This document shows, piece by piece, positions 60,859-64,000 of a stretch of 64,000 nt of DNA. How positions within the stretch are numbered: the stretch's first letter is position 1; every line of letters begins with the position of its first letter. The notes below the pieces were generated by a model that worked only from the letters and a program-made list of their open reading frames with translations, ran no database searches and was not told where the DNA came from. Source of the DNA: Lepidodermella squamata (taxonomy: Eukaryota > Animalia > Gastrotricha); assembly GCA_047495785.1 (NCBI GenBank), contig JBLDXI010000009.1, positions 3,286,001 to 3,350,000 of the forward strand, in the 5' to 3' direction. Made by a program: the position numbers and the translations under genes.

Positions 60859-61005
60859 AAAGGAAAGGAAAGGAAAGGAAAGGAAAGGAAAGGAAAGGAA
60901 AGGAAAGGAAAGGAAAGGAAAGGAAAGGAAAGGAAAGGAAAGGAAAGGAAAGGAAAGGAAAGGAAAGGAAAGGAAAGGAAAGGAAAGGAAAGGAAAGGAA
61001 AGGAA
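60859..61005. repeat. (AAAGG)~29 pentanucleotide microsatellite
   Basis: Uninterrupted array, direct reading. Confidence 0.98.
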
Positions 61006-61321
61006 CCTCAATTTTATAGCTTGCAAATATTTACTTCAAACCACCTTCAACAGCGATTACAGCAAAATCGACTGGGATATCCAGAATCTGCTCCCAGAAT
61101 TGCCAATAGTTAAGCTGTTTCTGATTGTCAAATCTGAACAAAACCCTTTTTTTACCAATCTTTGTGATTTTTTCTACTTGCTTTTTTTGTTGTTGTGAAA
61201 TAGGTTAGAGGAATGAAATTTCAATCGATGTTTCTTCTATTTCTGACATTCTTGGAAATTTATTTGACATTTGACAGCTTCCAAATTTTCCAAAAAAGTA
61301 AGAACTCTCTTTTCTTTCTTA

Positions 61322-61867
61322 TCACACAGCACAGCCGCAAAGTGTTGCGTGGAAACCGGCGAGATGTTTAGTTTTAAGATACCCATTTTCTGTATAGACC
61401 ACAAGCTGATCACCCCGCCGGCCAACTGAACGGCATGTAGGCAGCGAATACAGGAAGTGTTGGTGCGAAATATGCTCAGTGATATTCGGCTGGATCACCT
61501 TTTCATATTGGTAGTCAGTTGTTCGGCACAGCCCAGCACAATGGTAGATGAAAACTGGATCGCCTCGAGGTACCAGGATGTCTTCGGGCTTCAAATCGAG
61601 CTTTTTCGCAAATTCAGCCTTGGATATTTCTAGTTTTCGCACGCAACAGAAGGAATAATTCGGGTCGGGATTCGTCCTAGGGGCGCATAGTCCTACACCC
61701 CAACCCAGCGGAGCCTCTGTCGCTGGCACAATTCTGATAAAAATAATTCAAATAAAAAGAGTTATAAAAAATGTAAAATCCTTATACCCGAATTGTCCTT
61801 GGGAAATTACACAGATAAAGGTTTGAACAGCTATCAGAAAAGTTGCGGAGATTGAGTGTTGAACCAT
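61322..61867 (-). CDS. T4: prodomain-less TGF-beta-like cystine-knot protein (2 exons)
   Basis: MVQHSISATFLIAVQTFICVISQGQFG|IVPATEAPLGWGVGLC...FCCVRKL...HCAGLC...TCRS...ATLCGCAV. Confidence 0.85.
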
Positions 61868-62118
61868 CGTTCAGCGGTAAAGTTAAGTTCATCCAATATT
61901 TAGATTTTGCCGAGCTATTTTTCCGCTTGAAGGCGAAATAATAGTCTCAAAATGAGAACCAGATGTCTGCATGAAAAATTTTCGGATTGTCGATTTTATT
62001 TATTAGCAGAAAAGTTGCGATAAAATCCGAGAAGTTTTTCATGTAATGACCTAATTTCTAAAAGTTTAATTGGCCCTCACTAATAAGGAGGTCTTTTTTG
62101 TCACAATAAATAATGATG

Positions 62119-62457
62119 CTAAACCGAGCAGCCGCAACGTGTCGCGTGGAATCCTGACACGATTTTCGTTTTAAAATAGCCATTTTCAAGGTAGACAACT
62201 GGCTGATCCTCTCTTCGTGCAATCGAAATACAGTGCGGCAGCAAATCATAAGCGTTAGAACTCGGAACTGGCATACCATGGACATACTTGGACGTAGCAT
62301 TAGGCGGTATCAGCGTCTCCCAATCTGGGTCAGAATCGCGGCACAGCCCAGCGCAGTGATGAATATAAATAGGATCGCCTCTTGGTATCAAGATATCACC
62401 GGCAATTAGCCCGAGAGCTTTTGCGAAATCCTTTCTTGAAATCGGAAGTTTTCTTAT
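62119..62457 (-). pseudogene. T5: 3' part of a T4-like TGF-beta-like gene, interrupted by a transposon insertion
   Basis: IRKLPISRKDFAKALGLIAGDILIPRGDP...HCAGLC...ATRCGCSV aligns with T4 (CC-VRKLEISKAEFAKKLDLKPEDILVPRGDP). Similarity stops abruptly where CC should be, at the start of the repeat-rich element end. Confidence 0.75.
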
Positions 62458-64000
62458 AGTGCGTTCACAAACTACTTCGGAGAGGCGTCCGAAGTTTTCG
62501 GCCTCCGAAGAATCGTAACAGGCCTCCGAAGTTGCGTAATCGCTGCCCGAAGTTTAGATTTTCGTTCACAAACGCGCGCACTTCGGCCGCGCTGCCCGAA
62601 GTTTGAACAATAGACCCTCCGAAGCGGCGCGCGCGCACTCATCAAAGCACTTCGGTTCGGAGAGCCTGAAAACTACCCTCCGAAGTGCGTCCGAACCGAA
62701 GTTTTAAAACAATAGAGTTGCTCGTCTGACAAGCAGTTACTTTATTGCCCAAGACTGCTGCAGTACAACAATTATTAGCTGAGTGAATGAACAGAGTAAA
62801 AAACGAACGAGAGATACCAATAACAGTCAATAACCGAGAAGTTTGCGGCGAACGACGTCATTAATGTCGAAGTATAAGTGCGTAATTTCATGATCAGACA
62901 AATTAGAACGCTCTAAGGCATTAAGAATAGAAGAAAACAGTTCATTTATGAAACGGCGGCGATCTGGCACGTCATCAGGCTCCAGCGACTGCAAAATGGC
63001 TCGCAGCGTCGGGTCTTCCTCGTTCTCACCGTTGTCACCGTTGCGCCGCTTCTTGGCCTTCTTGTAGCCGTTGGTAGCGACAGGTGTAGCGCTTTCGGCC
63101 GGCAATACGGCACTGGGCTGAGAAGCGGATGGCGGCAAAACATCTCCTTGAGAGTCATCGATCGGCTGTGCGGCGGCTTGATCGAAATGCGGCAGGTTGT
63201 CGTCGCCAGCGGTAGACGAGTCAACGCGATTGACGGCGGCAGTGGTGGCGGCGACGGCGGCGTTGCTTTGGCGGGAGACAGATGCCGGTGCGGAGTCGGC
63301 GGGCAGATTTCCCTTTGTTCTAGAAGAAAAACATGATTTTATTTATGAAACCAAAATTCATGATTTTTCAAACTTACTTGTTTTTGTACACGATGACGTC
63401 AGCAAGGAACGTCATGGCGTCGTAATATGGGAACCGGCTCTTCTTGTCAGCTGCAGCCGAGCCACTCGCGATGTAGGCCTTGTGGCATTTCGTAAATTTG
63501 TCCCGAAGCGAATCCCACATGTCGCGGGCTTCTTGGGCGGAGTACGGCTGCGGACCGGTTTGAACGGTGGCGGGTTTTAGTGGCAACCGTGTCGCCAGCG
63601 CGGCCCAATGGGTGTTTTTGAACACTACATCGCAGTACTTGGCGTCGGTGGGTCGCCAAAGGCACGGGTTGCACCGGACGTACTCGATGATGGCTGTGTC
63701 AACTTCGTTGCGGTGCTGATCGATTGAGATGCGGGATGACGACGACAACGACGACGACGAAGCTGGGCGAGTCGATTGCGACTGCGGTACCGGAGTGAGC
63801 GGCAGAGACGTTGAATGCCATGCTTGGGCTGGCTGCGAGTGAGGCGTCATGTTGTGGTATTGCGGCTGGCTGTCTTCAAAGCTGTTTTGGCTGGCTGGCG
63901 GGTAGTAGTAACGCATGTCGTTCATCATTTTCAGGCGAGTGAAATCGTAAAACTTCGAATAATTATAACGAGAACTGAAACCTTAGTGAGCAGAGCATTG
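62458..64000. mobile_element. PIF/Harbinger-like DNA transposon, left end (continues beyond the window)
   Basis: Terminus (A)GTGCGTTCACAAAC at 62457-62459 onward; about 10 subterminal CCGAAG/CTTCGG motifs in 62475-62701; internal MADF gene; sits inside the T5 coding sequence. The right TIR and transposase are not in the window. Confidence 0.7.
62827..63928 (-). CDS. MADF (Myb/SANT-like) DNA-binding protein with BESS-like C-terminus; exons 63928-63378, 63319-62827
   Basis: IIEYVRCNPCLWRPTDAKY...KNTHWAALA...WDSLRDKF...SGSAA...FPYYDAMTFL is the MADF pattern; in-frame splice to KTKGNL. Confidence 0.88.

Noticed and set aside
60790-61198. ORFs with FPFLS or KGKER repeats
   Set aside because: Translation of the AAAGG microsatellite.
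57411-62457. Assigning T1-T5 to named orthologues (Lefty, GDF, activin, GDNF, bursicon)
   Set aside because: Only the cysteine skeleton is recognisable; the sequences are too divergent for a gene symbol without phylogeny.
1-64000. tRNA, rRNA or other structured ncRNA genes
   Set aside because: None recognised by eye; an Infernal or tRNAscan run would be needed to exclude them.

Overview
This is eukaryotic (animal, invertebrate) DNA from a compact genome with many short GT-AG introns of about 45-60 nt; the taxon cannot be fixed from the window. All gene models and domain calls were assembled and recognised by eye, with no database search. The left part (1-14.1 kb) holds a 3.3-kb inverted-repeat DNA element with an ATTT target duplication, a signal-peptide-bearing ankyrin protein, a small Cys-rich type II membrane protein ending GKRR, and an SBSPON homologue. 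From 15.6 to 62.5 kb lie 17 co-oriented minus-strand genes in two adjacent tandem families. The first is 12 paralogous single-pass surface proteins (R1-R12). Ten have a variable N-terminus (an unrecognised aromatic-rich repeat or a Thr/Ser mucin), Cys-rich modules, EGF, TSP1, an SEA-like domain with an invariant furin site, a TM helix and a divergent tail; two are stripped-down versions. The second is at least five divergent TGF-beta-like cystine-knot genes (T1-T5), all lacking the interchain cysteine, with T2-T4 lacking any prodomain. A hAT MITE supplies the stop codon of R7 and cuts off its ancestral C-terminus. A PIF/Harbinger-like element carrying a MADF gene interrupts T5. The receptor array together with the prodomain-less ligand cluster is the main candidate for an undescribed recognition or signalling system.
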